Positions 37,778 through 47,280 of a stretch of DNA of 64,000 nt are shown here, one piece after another (position 1 is the stretch's first letter; the number at the start of each line of letters is the position of its first letter). The notes under the pieces were generated by a model. It worked only from the letters and a program-made list of their open reading frames with translations. It had not been told where the DNA came from and searched no databases. Position numbers and translations under genes: made by a program. Source of the DNA: an uncultured Acidimicrobiia bacterium (GTDB taxonomy: Bacteria > Acidobacteriota > Terriglobia > Versatilivoradales > Versatilivoraceae); contig CAWBAT010000007.1 of the NCBI GenBank assembly GCA_963786955.1, positions 160,001 through 224,000 of the forward strand. Direction: 5' to 3'.

Positions 37778-39670
37778 ATGGAGAAGATCTTGGGCTGGAG
37801 ATGCTCTGTTGCACTTCGTGTGCTCATTCTCGGAATAGCCTCCATTTCCTATGCCCAGCAAATCCGACCATCGACCGCACCAACAGCGGATTTGTCCTCT
37901 CTATTGCAGACTCTGAAGGAAAACGTGGGGCTCTCAGGGAATATCGTGCTCTCACTTGAAACCCAGAAGAAGATTTCTGAACTCGGCAAGAGAGAACCTC
38001 AAGCGGTAGTACCCATTATCATTGGAGAATTGAAAGCCTCACGCGTCTCCAGTCAGAAGACGCTGAATTATCGCATGGCCCTAATCTCAGTGCTTGAGGA
38101 GATCGGCCCCGCCGCAGAGGCGGCAGTCCCGGTTCTCACCGAAATTGTTCAAAACGAAAAGGAACGGAATGACTTTATTTTGCTCAAAGCTCGAATGGCT
38201 TTGAGAGCAATCGGAACTCCTCCGGCCCGGCAAACCAGCCAAGCGGCCGAACAGAAGAACGTAGAGCAGTGGCTACGAAAGTCATCCCCGGAAGCAGTTG
38301 CGGAAGCTGTTGCCCAACACGCCTATCTCATTCGCCGAGAACTCCGCAGCCCTCAAATGAGCGAAGAAATGATTGAGGCCTCCGTCACAGCCCTCCTCCC
38401 CATGGGGTCACAGGCCGGGCAGGCGACGCCTACTCTTCTCCGCGCCTGGCAAGACCCGCGAGTCGGCGATAAACTGCGCTCACAGATTACCCGCTCTCTC
38501 ACCACCGCTGGTGTCAAAGACATACAAGCCGCATCCAAACGGGAACGGAGTCAAAGAGCAGCTGAAGGGGATCACGTCGATGAGATAATCATCGATGTCC
38601 GAAGTAACACCCCATTGGTAAGCACGATGGCCATGCAGGAACTGGGTGCCCTGGGGCCGACGGAAAAAGTAATTGACGTCTTGATTCAGTCACTGAAGGA
38701 GAAGAAGAACCCCGGGCAGGCCGCCCTCATTCTAGGAGGGCTTGGTTCGGCGGCCGGGAGAGCTGTCCCTGCGCTGTTGCCTTACCTTTCGGACCAGACC
38801 GCTGGGCCTAACGTCATCCAGGCACTGGGTCGAATCGGAGTCGGAGACGACGCGGCAATTGCTGGTTTAAGAAAAATAGTCGCCGACGAGAAGAGTCCCT
38901 ATCGTGGGCTGGCGGCCTCTTCTCTTGGGGTTCTAAAGTCTTCTAGTGCTGTACCTGAATTACGGTTGGCTTTGTCGGCACCTGAAAAGTACACACGGAT
39001 TCTGGCGGCAAACGCCTTGGCTGCACTTGGCTCAGAGGCAACGCCAGCGATTCCGGATTTGATCGGCCTCCTCAAAGACCCCGATCCCGATATCAGGGTG
39101 AGTGCCGTGGAAGCACTGGGAATGATTGGACCGACTGCAGCGGCAGCCGTTCCCCAAATTGAAAGGCAATTGCAATTTCCTGACCGTCGCTTGAAAGAGA
39201 GCTCAGTGGCAGCCCTGGAGAGGATTGGGGGAACGGAGGCTCAAGCGGCACTGGAACGTGATGCACTCCGCTATGCTGCCGTCGATCGGATTGAATTCAA
39301 GCGCTTGAAACAGGCGGGAAAATACGAAGACCTACAACGCTTTGCCACGGCGCTTCCTCGGACTCGCCGCATTCAGCTTGCGCGCGTCCTGTTGAAAGAC
39401 CCGGATGCAGCCGTCAGTTACACCGGTGCAGAAGTATTGATCACAGAAGGCCTGGAAATGGAAACTGTTCCAACCCTGGCGACCCTTCTTCTCAAAGCCA
39501 CGAGCGGCTCGACCGGCCGGCCTGACCACGACTGGCTGGCTCTTGACAGTGGACAACTTTTTAGCCGGATGAAGCGCGAGATTTGTAATTACTTTGAAGT
39601 CAACCTCGGCCGCTATTCGACCGAGGAGCAAGAACGCATCAGGAAGCAGCTCTGTCCTCCTTCCAAGTAG
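37778..39670 (+). CDS. HEAT-repeat protein with signal peptide
   Basis: Repeats such as LEEIGPAAEAAVPVL, LGSAAGRAVPAL, DPDPDIRVSAVEALGMIGP; signal ending SYA-QQ. Confidence 0.85.
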   Translation: MEKILGWRCSVALRVLILGIASISYAQQIRPSTAPTADLSSLLQTLKENVGLSGNIVLSLETQKKISELGKREPQAVVPIIIGELKASRVSSQKTLNYRMALISVLEEIGPAAEAAVPVLTEIVQNEKERNDFILLKARMALRAIGTPPARQTSQAAEQKNVEQWLRKSSPEAVAEAVAQHAYLIRRELRSPQMSEEMIEASVTALLPMGSQAGQATPTLLRAWQDPRVGDKLRSQITRSLTTAGVKDIQAASKRERSQRAAEGDHVDEIIIDVRSNTPLVSTMAMQELGALGPTEKVIDVLIQSLKEKKNPGQAALILGGLGSAAGRAVPALLPYLSDQTAGPNVIQALGRIGVGDDAAIAGLRKIVADEKSPYRGLAASSLGVLKSSSAVPELRLALSAPEKYTRILAANALAALGSEATPAIPDLIGLLKDPDPDIRVSAVEALGMIGPTAAAAVPQIERQLQFPDRRLKESSVAALERIGGTEAQAALERDALRYAAVDRIEFKRLKQAGKYEDLQRFATALPRTRRIQLARVLLKDPDAAVSYTGAEVLITEGLEMETVPTLATLLLKATSGSTGRPDHDWLALDSGQLFSRMKREICNYFEVNLGRYSTEEQERIRKQLCPPSK

Positions 39671-39823
39671 TCGAAGGTTGTCCATCCAAAAGCTAGTTGC
39701 TTGGACCGAGCACAGAAACAGCCCCTATTCCGGAGGACTCGCGCTGAAGCAAACCCTGCAGCCTAGCCTTGACGCAGGCCGCTTTGGGGTTTGCGCTCAA
39801 ATCCACCCTTTGGAGCAATACTA

Positions 39824-40696
39824 GTGAATCGCATCCTTCCGGCCATCAGTATGCTGCTTCTTCTGACCTCCTGTCACATCGGATACGGCCCACTCCAGGA
39901 CCACAGCGAATTCGTCAGCACACGGCTTGCAGACGACAATCATATCGTGCTGTTTTCATTTCACCGTTTTGCCTATCGAGCAGCGGCCGGCTGGCGGGCC
40001 TTTCCGGACGGCGGTATTCCGGACTATGTCACAGATATCAATCTGCTGGGGACCTATGACTTGCAGACTCGGGAAACGAAGATTCTGAGACGAGAGAAGA
40101 ATTCGCAATGGCAGCCAGGCAGCGGTCTATTCTTCGTCCACTCCACAAAAGGGTCCAAGTTATTGATTTCCCAGGGAGGACAACGGCGTGGATCATTTGA
40201 GCTGGGTGTGAAGTATGTGTTGCTCGATTTCAAACAAGGCAATGCCACAGATCTTGACCTGAAATCAGACCTGGCCAGGTTCGGCAGGGACTCAGGCCAG
40301 ATCTATCTCGTGGATGGAGGCGGCACGCTGTTGTTTGTTACGTTATCTCTGGAGGAGTCTAAAGATTCGAGCGCGCACAGGAATGGCGGACTGGTTCCGG
40401 AGATCTGGGTTCGTACTCCGAGTGGAGATTACGTGAAGGCCGCCGTTTCGGCGCATTATCAGTGTACACGGAATGGCGAAGTGATCTACTGGGAGCCGTC
40501 AACCCGAGACTTCATGGCTTTTTCTATTGCCGGCCGCACAACGCGGAAAGCCCAGGAATTCAAAGTGGCCGGCTATGAGGACGTGGCCAAGGGTGTCATC
40601 CTTTCTTCTAATCGAAAGGGTCTGGAATTCGGCGTCAAAGTCAATGGGCAATGGAAATACGAACTACTCGACCTGAAGCTCGAAGAGTTGAATTAG
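39824..40696 (+). CDS. Hypothetical lipoprotein, beta-rich
   Basis: GGAG plus GTG start, lipobox LLLTSC. Confidence 0.6.
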   Translation: MNRILPAISMLLLLTSCHIGYGPLQDHSEFVSTRLADDNHIVLFSFHRFAYRAAAGWRAFPDGGIPDYVTDINLLGTYDLQTRETKILRREKNSQWQPGSGLFFVHSTKGSKLLISQGGQRRGSFELGVKYVLLDFKQGNATDLDLKSDLARFGRDSGQIYLVDGGGTLLFVTLSLEESKDSSAHRNGGLVPEIWVRTPSGDYVKAAVSAHYQCTRNGEVIYWEPSTRDFMAFSIAGRTTRKAQEFKVAGYEDVAKGVILSSNRKGLEFGVKVNGQWKYELLDLKLEELN

Positions 40697-40879
40697 GCAA
40701 ATGCCACGCGCTATCCCCAGTTAATTTGCCAAAGTAAACGACGAGCCGGGTGAAATCTAAGAATGACAATCGGCTCCAGTATCGCGCGCCTTCGGAATAA
40801 ACTTCTCATGCTTGAACACTTTCCTTCCTTTAGAACGAGGTGTCTTAAACCCGAATTCCGAAGTTGCCTGAGCGTCGCT

Positions 40880-40955
40880 AGGTGGAGCGTGCGCGTGGGA
40901 CCGCTGTCCTCCCGCGCACGCTCCATGAACGCGCCGCGGAGCGCACGTTCCACCT
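40880..40955. repeat. GGTGGAGCGTGCGC-type REP-like palindrome
   Basis: aggtggagcgtgcgcg...cgcgcacgctcca...gcgcacgttccacct. Confidence 0.7.
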
Positions 40956-41061
40956 GGATCCGCAAGTCATCGGTATACTCTCCTCCTTGCCAAGCGGCTT
41001 GCATGCCTCAGACAAATCAGCAACTAGATAGGAATCCCGCCCACCCACTTCGGAATTCGGG

Positions 41062-42285
41062 TTAAGTCGCCTTTAACTCATCGAGGTTCAGTTTTCGGAG
41101 ACGTGGTGAAAGTAAAGAGACAACAAAGACGGTAGCTAGGCAGACAATTCCTCCCAAGACGGCCGCCGGTACGGCTCCCAGAAGGCGTGCAACAACCCCC
41201 GATTCAAATTCGCCTAGTTCGTTAGAAGAACCAATGAAGATGGAGTTGACGGCAGAGATCTTACCGCGCATCGAGTCGGGCGAAGAGAGTTGAACTGCCG
41301 ACATCCGCACGACCATACTGACGCTGTCAAAAGCACCGCTCAACCCCAGGGCGAGAAGGGACAAAACGAAGTCGCGACTTAAGGCGAACACTAGAATACA
41401 GACTCCAAAACCGGTTACCGCTGAAAACAGCCAGGTGCCTGCCCGCTTTCGAATATCAAATGTTGTCAACCATAGGCTGATGATGGCTGCGCCAATCGCG
41501 GGCGCCGCGCGCAAGGCCCCCAAACCCTTGGGGCCGATCATCAAGATTTCACCCGCATAGATGGGGAGTAAAGCGGTCACTCCTCCAAAAAGCACAGAAA
41601 TCATGTCGAGGCTGAGCGCCGGAAAGAGAATGGGGTGGTGAATGACAAACTTTGCGCCCGAAAGAAGTTCCGTCCTTCTGGACTGGAGCTTGCCGGAAGG
41701 CGGAAGAGGACTGGGAGAAGAGTGGATGAGCAATATGGTCCCTACAGCTAGAACTAAGACAAAGCAGACGATCCCCGCCGAAGCCGACACACCCATCCAG
41801 CCGAAAAAGAGTCCCCCTAAGGCCGGCCCGGAAATACGAGCAACTTGCAACGACGATGCCATCCAGGCTGAAGCTCGAGGCAGAGTTTCTCGGTCGATAA
41901 TTCGCGGAACAAGTGCAAAAATCGAGGGCTGGGAGAAGGCTCGAGCGGTACCTGTGAGAAAGGAAGAAAGAAAGAGACCCATGATCCGAATCTGGTGGCT
42001 TGCGCCAATCGAAGGAAGTTGTGAGATCAGAAGGATGAATCCAGAAAACAGGCTGATCGCGACAACTCTCCGAAAAACCAGCAGCGGGCGGCTCCGGTCG
42101 ACGATGTAGCCTGCATATAAGGCCAGTCCTAAAGCAGGTATGGCCTCCACCAGACCGATGAGCCCCAGAAATAGGGGATCTCTGGTCAGGATATACATTT
42201 GCCAACCCAGGACGATTGCTTGAATTTGCACGGCAAGAGTAAATAGAAAGCGAGCCGCCATTAGCATTTTAAAATCATTCGGCAT
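41062..42285 (-). CDS. MFS transporter (EntS/macrolide-efflux-like)
   Basis: About 12 TM segments, GYIVDRSRP, LFGGVTALLP, SSNELGEFESG. Confidence 0.9.
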   Translation of the reverse strand: MPNDFKMLMAARFLFTLAVQIQAIVLGWQMYILTRDPLFLGLIGLVEAIPALGLALYAGYIVDRSRPLLVFRRVVAISLFSGFILLISQLPSIGASHQIRIMGLFLSSFLTGTARAFSQPSIFALVPRIIDRETLPRASAWMASSLQVARISGPALGGLFFGWMGVSASAGIVCFVLVLAVGTILLIHSSPSPLPPSGKLQSRRTELLSGAKFVIHHPILFPALSLDMISVLFGGVTALLPIYAGEILMIGPKGLGALRAAPAIGAAIISLWLTTFDIRKRAGTWLFSAVTGFGVCILVFALSRDFVLSLLALGLSGAFDSVSMVVRMSAVQLSSPDSMRGKISAVNSIFIGSSNELGEFESGVVARLLGAVPAAVLGGIVCLATVFVVSLLSPRLRKLNLDELKAT

Positions 42286-42530
42286 TGTTATTCCCGTAAA
42301 CTTCCAGTTCTAGTCACTGAATTCAAAGGTCCCCACTTCTGCTGGCGGGGAAAGTAGTCTAGTTGAGCGAACATCTGGATGGCTAGTAGATCCTCGCAGC
42401 GTTTCAGGAGTGATCAGATTGCCAATGCCTCATGCCGCATTGGCGTAAAGACTGCAATATCACCTCTGGGTGCGAGAGAGTATTATTTTTTATTAAAATA
42501 TTTATTCGCCTCATTCGTCTACACAGTTAG

Positions 42531-43133
42531 ATGAAAAGATTAGCGAGCATGCAATGGGTAAACACCTTGGAAGACCAACGAATTGTTAAAGTCGTCGAGC
42601 GGGAGCAATCTCGGTTAAGAAACTTCATCTGGAAACGGGTGGCCGACAGGTCCGATGCGGAAGATATTCTTCAGGAAGTCTTCTTTGAACTAGTGGAGGC
42701 ATACCGGCTGGCCAAACCAATCGAGCAAGTCGGTGCCTGGCTGTTCCGGGTGGCTCGCAATCGGATCACAGACCTGTTCCGAAAGACAAAGTCAGATGTT
42801 TTGAAAGATATTGGGGAGGGGTCGGAAGAAGATGAACAGGAGCTGCAGTTGGTCGATCTTTTGCCGGCGCCAGAAGCTGGACCGGAGGCAGCTTTTGCAC
42901 GGAATGTGCTCTTGGAAGAGCTGGAAGACGCTCTCAACGAGCTTCCCGAAGAGCAGCGCGAAGTATTCATCGCTCATGAACTCGAGGGGCGCAGCTTTAA
43001 AGAATTGGCTCTGGAGACCGGGCTCAGTGTGAATACGCTACTCTCCCGCAAACATTATGCGGTGCTACACCTACGTCAAAGGCTTCAGGCCATTTATGAC
43101 GAATTTACGAAAGGAAGAGGACGAGAAAAATGA
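42531..43133 (+). CDS. ECF RNA polymerase sigma factor
   Basis: DAEDILQEVF, WLFRVARNRITD, LPEEQREVF, SFKELA..TG.SVNTLLSRK. Confidence 0.93.
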   Translation: MKRLASMQWVNTLEDQRIVKVVEREQSRLRNFIWKRVADRSDAEDILQEVFFELVEAYRLAKPIEQVGAWLFRVARNRITDLFRKTKSDVLKDIGEGSEEDEQELQLVDLLPAPEAGPEAAFARNVLLEELEDALNELPEEQREVFIAHELEGRSFKELALETGLSVNTLLSRKHYAVLHLRQRLQAIYDEFTKGRGREK

Positions 43134-43474
43134 ACAGGCATTGGATTGTAAAGGGTTTTGGAGTAGTACTCTTTGTGACGATTGTCATCGCAGGATTTGG
43201 ACAAGCGGTTCTTCAATTATGGAACTGGCTCATGCCAAACATTTTTGGGCTGAACCGGATCAGTTTCTGGCAAGCAGTCGGATTGCTGGGTCTGAGCTGG
43301 ATCCTCTTCGGCGGATTCCGTGGTGGTCGTTTCTTTGGTCATCGCGGACAGCACAGTATGAGGGAGCGCTGGGGACAAATGACTCCCGAACAGCGCGACA
43401 GATTTCGTAAGGGCCTTCAGCACCGGTGCGGAAAAATGGGACCACGAGCGGCAGAGCCTGAGGGCAAATTCTGA
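43130..43474 (+). CDS. Small membrane protein coupled to the ECF sigma factor
   Basis: Two TM segments with LWNWLMP and ISFWQAVGL, MTPEQRDRFR tail; ATGA overlap with the sigma gene. Confidence 0.75.
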   Translation: MNRHWIVKGFGVVLFVTIVIAGFGQAVLQLWNWLMPNIFGLNRISFWQAVGLLGLSWILFGGFRGGRFFGHRGQHSMRERWGQMTPEQRDRFRKGLQHRCGKMGPRAAEPEGKF

Positions 43475-43643
43475 ATAAATTCAATCTAAGGGGACGTTCT
43501 GGAGGCGGTGTTACTTGAAACCGCCAAACACATAGGGAAGCGCCGCTTAATTGCAGGCCATGGACCATGCGCCATGGAAACTCTCGCTCTGAAGCAAAAT
43601 CTGGCGTGCAGCATCCCTCAGTTGTGGGTCGTTAGGTTTATCT

Positions 43644-44252
43644 TCACCAGACTTTGCCTGGCGCAAGACGATAATCACCTTTGCCCGATTTGTCTATGAA
43701 GGTGACGGACAGGTTATCACCGATGCCCTCAATATGGCGGTATCCCCAAAACTCGTATGGCGGCATATTAGTGCTACCCGAAGGATGGGAATCGATCTCA
43801 TCCGGAGGGCCGTAAACAATGAACATGTGGCCGCGATCGGTCTGCCAGCCCGGCCTGCCGGACGCCATCCGAAAATGATGGTTGGCATAAGTGATCCGGC
43901 GGGAATGGTCCTCTTTGAACTCGTTTTCAACCGTGTTTGGTGTCGGATCGCGCCGTTCCCAAAACTGCTCGATAAACTTCTCCCGTTCTTCCTCGGTAGT
44001 CAGTTTCAGGAACGCAGCCCGCTCTTCATCGGTGATGATGTAAAGCACGTCCTGATTCAACCATTTATCATAAGGAGAAGTCTCAGCGTGGTCCGTTTGC
44101 GGCTGGGCAGCGGCAAACGTTTGCTGAAGCGGCTCTAATTGCCACGCGGCCAGAGCCACGGCGGCGATTGTAATGAGGATTATGGCGGCCAACATCGGCG
44201 TCCAAGCGCCATTCCGCCCTTTCGGATACAGCAGACCATGGATGCGTTTCAC
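43644..44252 (-). CDS. GWxTD-domain protein, probably 5'-truncated from an M56/BlaR1-GWxTD fusion
   Basis: WLNQDVLYIIT, FWERRDPTP..NEF, GWQTDRG, YGPPDEI; N-terminal VKRIHGLLYPK resembles the end of an M56 domain. Confidence 0.8.
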   Translation of the reverse strand: MKRIHGLLYPKGRNGAWTPMLAAIILITIAAVALAAWQLEPLQQTFAAAQPQTDHAETSPYDKWLNQDVLYIITDEERAAFLKLTTEEEREKFIEQFWERRDPTPNTVENEFKEDHSRRITYANHHFRMASGRPGWQTDRGHMFIVYGPPDEIDSHPSGSTNMPPYEFWGYRHIEGIGDNLSVTFIDKSGKGDYRLAPGKVW

Positions 44253-44345
44253 GTGAATAGCTTTTGAAGCGGAACCAGCCAGTTCACATAAAAGTGGCAA
44301 ACCCGGAAACTGACCTGCCACCCCTTCTAGTTGGGAGTTCAAATC

Positions 44346-44906
44346 TTAGCCTTTTTGGAACGTCGTGGACAGGTTCAAGGTCCCCCACTCCAGTATGAAT
44401 TTTCCCAATTGGCCGTCTTTTCCACCGCTAAGGGTTAGCTTTTGGGAATTCTTAGGATTTTTTTCCATCTCCATGGGAGTCTCTACTCTTTCAAGTTTAA
44501 TGGTTACCAATTCGATGGGCTGAGAGTTTTTCCCGAGTGTCAAAGGAACTTCTGCAATGAGTTCTTTTTCTTTGTAAATCATTAGATGCCATTTACCCGC
44601 TTCAATCAGCTTCGCTTTCAAAACATACTTTCCTTTGGAAACCGTCTTTTCTCCAAATTTAAGATCGATATCAGAACTCAACGTGGTGGGAGCATTTGAC
44701 CCCATGCGCCATTCCATCCCCGGCTCAATCATCTTGGCGATATCACGACCCGCAACAGCAGGCCGGCCGTAATCTACCGACACTTTTCCGTCTCCGATTT
44801 TCAAACTGGCTTCACCCCTGTCTTTTGGCGCCTCCGCTGGAGTCTGGGCGAAAATGGGCAAGGTGAGTAGGCAAACGGCGATCAGCGCAAGTACATTCTT
44901 CTTCAT
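44346..44906 (-). CDS. DUF2911-family secreted protein
   Basis: Signal peptide, VSVDYGRP, WRMGSNAPT, LEWG. Confidence 0.85.
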   Translation of the reverse strand: MKKNVLALIAVCLLTLPIFAQTPAEAPKDRGEASLKIGDGKVSVDYGRPAVAGRDIAKMIEPGMEWRMGSNAPTTLSSDIDLKFGEKTVSKGKYVLKAKLIEAGKWHLMIYKEKELIAEVPLTLGKNSQPIELVTIKLERVETPMEMEKNPKNSQKLTLSGGKDGQLGKFILEWGTLNLSTTFQKG

Positions 44907-44987
44907 GTCTGAAATCTCCTTTTTGAGTGAGGGTAATCATTCCTTTAAAGATCGAGATTATATTTTGATTAGTTTCGGTTCACAACC

Positions 44988-45080
44988 CTAACTTGAACGA
45001 GGTTTATCCAAATCCCCAGTAATGAGTCGGGCCCCCCGCTGATAGGTGAAATACGCCCACGCCCACTCAAAGATCACGAT
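44988..45080 (-). pseudogene. 3' remnant of a type II NADH dehydrogenase-like (Ndh) gene
   Basis: IVIFEWAWAYFTYQRGARLITG matches the conserved C-terminal amphipathic helix of NDH-2; no upstream domains are present. Confidence 0.7.
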
Positions 45081-45242
45081 GTGTGGTTTTGCTCCAGCAT
45101 CCATACTTGGAATCTTAACACCATGGGAAAGGATGGCAAACAAAGCGTCTGAAACATTTCGCTTTCCGCTCCTGATGGCTTCGCACATAATCCAATGGAG
45201 TGCACTATTTGGTTGAACTGGGTGAAAACTCAATACCCTATA

Positions 45243-45671
45243 ATGGATGAACCATCCGCTGGCTATGTATTGCTGGATCACCCTGCCGACGTGGGAATTG
45301 AGGCTTTCGGCAAAGACTTAGCGGGTGCCTTCGTGCAGGCTGCCCTGGCTTTGATGTCGGTAATTTTGGACCCGGGGAAAATCGATGGTACCCAGTCGAG
45401 AGCGATCGACCTTGAAGGGGTGGACAGAGAGCACTTACTGATGAAGTGGCTCACCGAAGTCCTTTATCTTTACGACGGCCAGGGCTTTGCCGCAGGACAT
45501 TTTGTGATTTCTGAACTTTCTTCGACGCGACTTAAGGCGACACTCAGCGGTGAGCCCTTCGATGCGATTAAACATGCGCCGCGATTGGATGTCAAAGCAG
45601 TCACCTATCATCAACTCTTGGTGGAGGAAGCTGCCGAGGGTGCCAGAGTAAGAGTCTTTCTAGATATTTGA
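45243..45671 (+). CDS. Archease
   Basis: LLDHPADVG, WLTEVLY, DVKAVTYH, C-terminal VFLDI; directly upstream of rtcB. Confidence 0.95.
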   Translation: MDEPSAGYVLLDHPADVGIEAFGKDLAGAFVQAALALMSVILDPGKIDGTQSRAIDLEGVDREHLLMKWLTEVLYLYDGQGFAAGHFVISELSSTRLKATLSGEPFDAIKHAPRLDVKAVTYHQLLVEEAAEGARVRVFLDI

Positions 45672-45748
45672 AGATGAATGATCCGCTCTATTCCGCCTCG
45701 GTTGCGGCAAATTGTTAAGGGCGGAAAATAGTCCTACCCAATCGGAAT

Positions 45749-47173
45749 ATGCTCAGAAAGATCGACGATTATCGCTACCTTGTTCCAACTTCTCACAAAG
45801 AGGGAATGCGGATTGAAGGCCTCATCTACGCCAACGAGGAGTTGATCCGTCAGATTGAGAAGGATCAAACCCTCGATCAAGTGGCCAATGTGGCGACACT
45901 TCCGGGGCTTGTGGGACGGTCGTTGGCCATGCCGGATGCCCATCAAGGCTACGGATTTTGCATTGGCGGAGTTGCTGCCGCCGATCTCAAACAGGGAGTC
46001 GTCTCCGCTGGCGGAGTAGGTTTCGATATTAACTGTGGTGTTCGGCTCTTGGTTTCTCCCTGGAGCGCGGAAGAGGTTCGTCCGAAACTGGAACCTTTGC
46101 TGAATCAACTTTTTCGGGATATCCCTTGCGGGACGGGAAGGCACGGGTTGCTGGCGATGTCTGGATCTGCCCTGGATGAGACATTGAAAGACGGTGCCCA
46201 ATGGGCTGTCAAAAAAGGCTTTGGGGAAGAAGCAGACCTTTCCCGCATCGAAGACTACGGACGCATCCAAGGTGCGGACCCGTCGAAAGTCAGTTCCCGA
46301 GCAAAACAGAGGGGGCACGACCAGCTGGGAACACTTGGGTCGGGCAACCATTTTCTGGAAATTCAGGTGGTCCATGAAATTTTTGATGAAATTCTCGCCC
46401 AGAAGCTGGGATTGCAGCTCAATCAAATCGTGGTTTTAATGCACAGCGGATCGCGCGGGCTGGGGCATCAGGTATGCACGGACTACTTGGACCTCATGCA
46501 AGAAGGCATGAAGCGCTATGGAATCAATGTGATTGATCGTCAGCTCGCCTGCGTCCCAATCCGTTCCCCGGAGGGACAAGACTATCTGGCTGCGATGGCG
46601 GCGGCAGCTAACTTCGCGTTTGCAAACCGACAAATGATTACTCATTGGACGCGTCAGGCATTTGAACGAATCCTCGGAAAGGGGACTCTCCATGTGGTGT
46701 ACGATGTTTGTCACAACATTGCCAAACGCGAAGAGCATCAGGTAGGTACTGTTCGGAAGGAGGTCTTGGTCCACCGTAAAGGGGCGACGCGTGCTTTTCC
46801 GCCAGGACATTCCGCCTTACCTTCGGAACTGCGTCCCTTGGGGCAGCCGGTGCTGATCCCGGGCAGCATGGGAACCTGCTCCTACGTGTTGGTTGGAACC
46901 GAGCAAGCCATGGCAGAAACTTTCGGGTCTTGCTGCCATGGTGCCGGGCGTGCTAAGAGTCGGACACAAGCGAAGAGAGAGACTTCGGCTGACGAACTTC
47001 TGAAAGAAATGAAACGGAAAGGTATTCTCGTTAAAGGACAATCGCGGTCCGGATTAACTGAAGAAAAACCGGATGCCTACAAAGATGTCACTCAAGTGGT
47101 CAATGTCGTTCACGACGCCGGGCTTGCTCGTAAAGTGGCGAAATTGCTTCCGATAGCGGTCATGAAAGGGTGA
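45749..47173 (+). CDS. rtcB: RNA 3'-phosphate/5'-OH ligase RtcB
   Basis: MPDAHQGYGF, GFDINCG, GSGNHF, HSGSRG, YDVCHN, HRKGAT, PGSMG, HGAGR, AYK. Confidence 0.98.
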   Translation: MLRKIDDYRYLVPTSHKEGMRIEGLIYANEELIRQIEKDQTLDQVANVATLPGLVGRSLAMPDAHQGYGFCIGGVAAADLKQGVVSAGGVGFDINCGVRLLVSPWSAEEVRPKLEPLLNQLFRDIPCGTGRHGLLAMSGSALDETLKDGAQWAVKKGFGEEADLSRIEDYGRIQGADPSKVSSRAKQRGHDQLGTLGSGNHFLEIQVVHEIFDEILAQKLGLQLNQIVVLMHSGSRGLGHQVCTDYLDLMQEGMKRYGINVIDRQLACVPIRSPEGQDYLAAMAAAANFAFANRQMITHWTRQAFERILGKGTLHVVYDVCHNIAKREEHQVGTVRKEVLVHRKGATRAFPPGHSALPSELRPLGQPVLIPGSMGTCSYVLVGTEQAMAETFGSCCHGAGRAKSRTQAKRETSADELLKEMKRKGILVKGQSRSGLTEEKPDAYKDVTQVVNVVHDAGLARKVAKLLPIAVMKG

Positions 47174-47280
47174 GGGAACCATGAGGGATGCCGCTGCGAT
47201 CGTTTCCCCGGTTGGGCCTGCGAAGCTTAAAGGAAATAAACGCTTCTTCTTTATTAAGCATCACCTTTTGTAGATTTCTC

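Noticed and set aside
43475-43643. attC site after the GWxTD gene (ACCTAAC near the stop)
   Set aside because: There is no complementary GTTAGGY end at a suitable distance.
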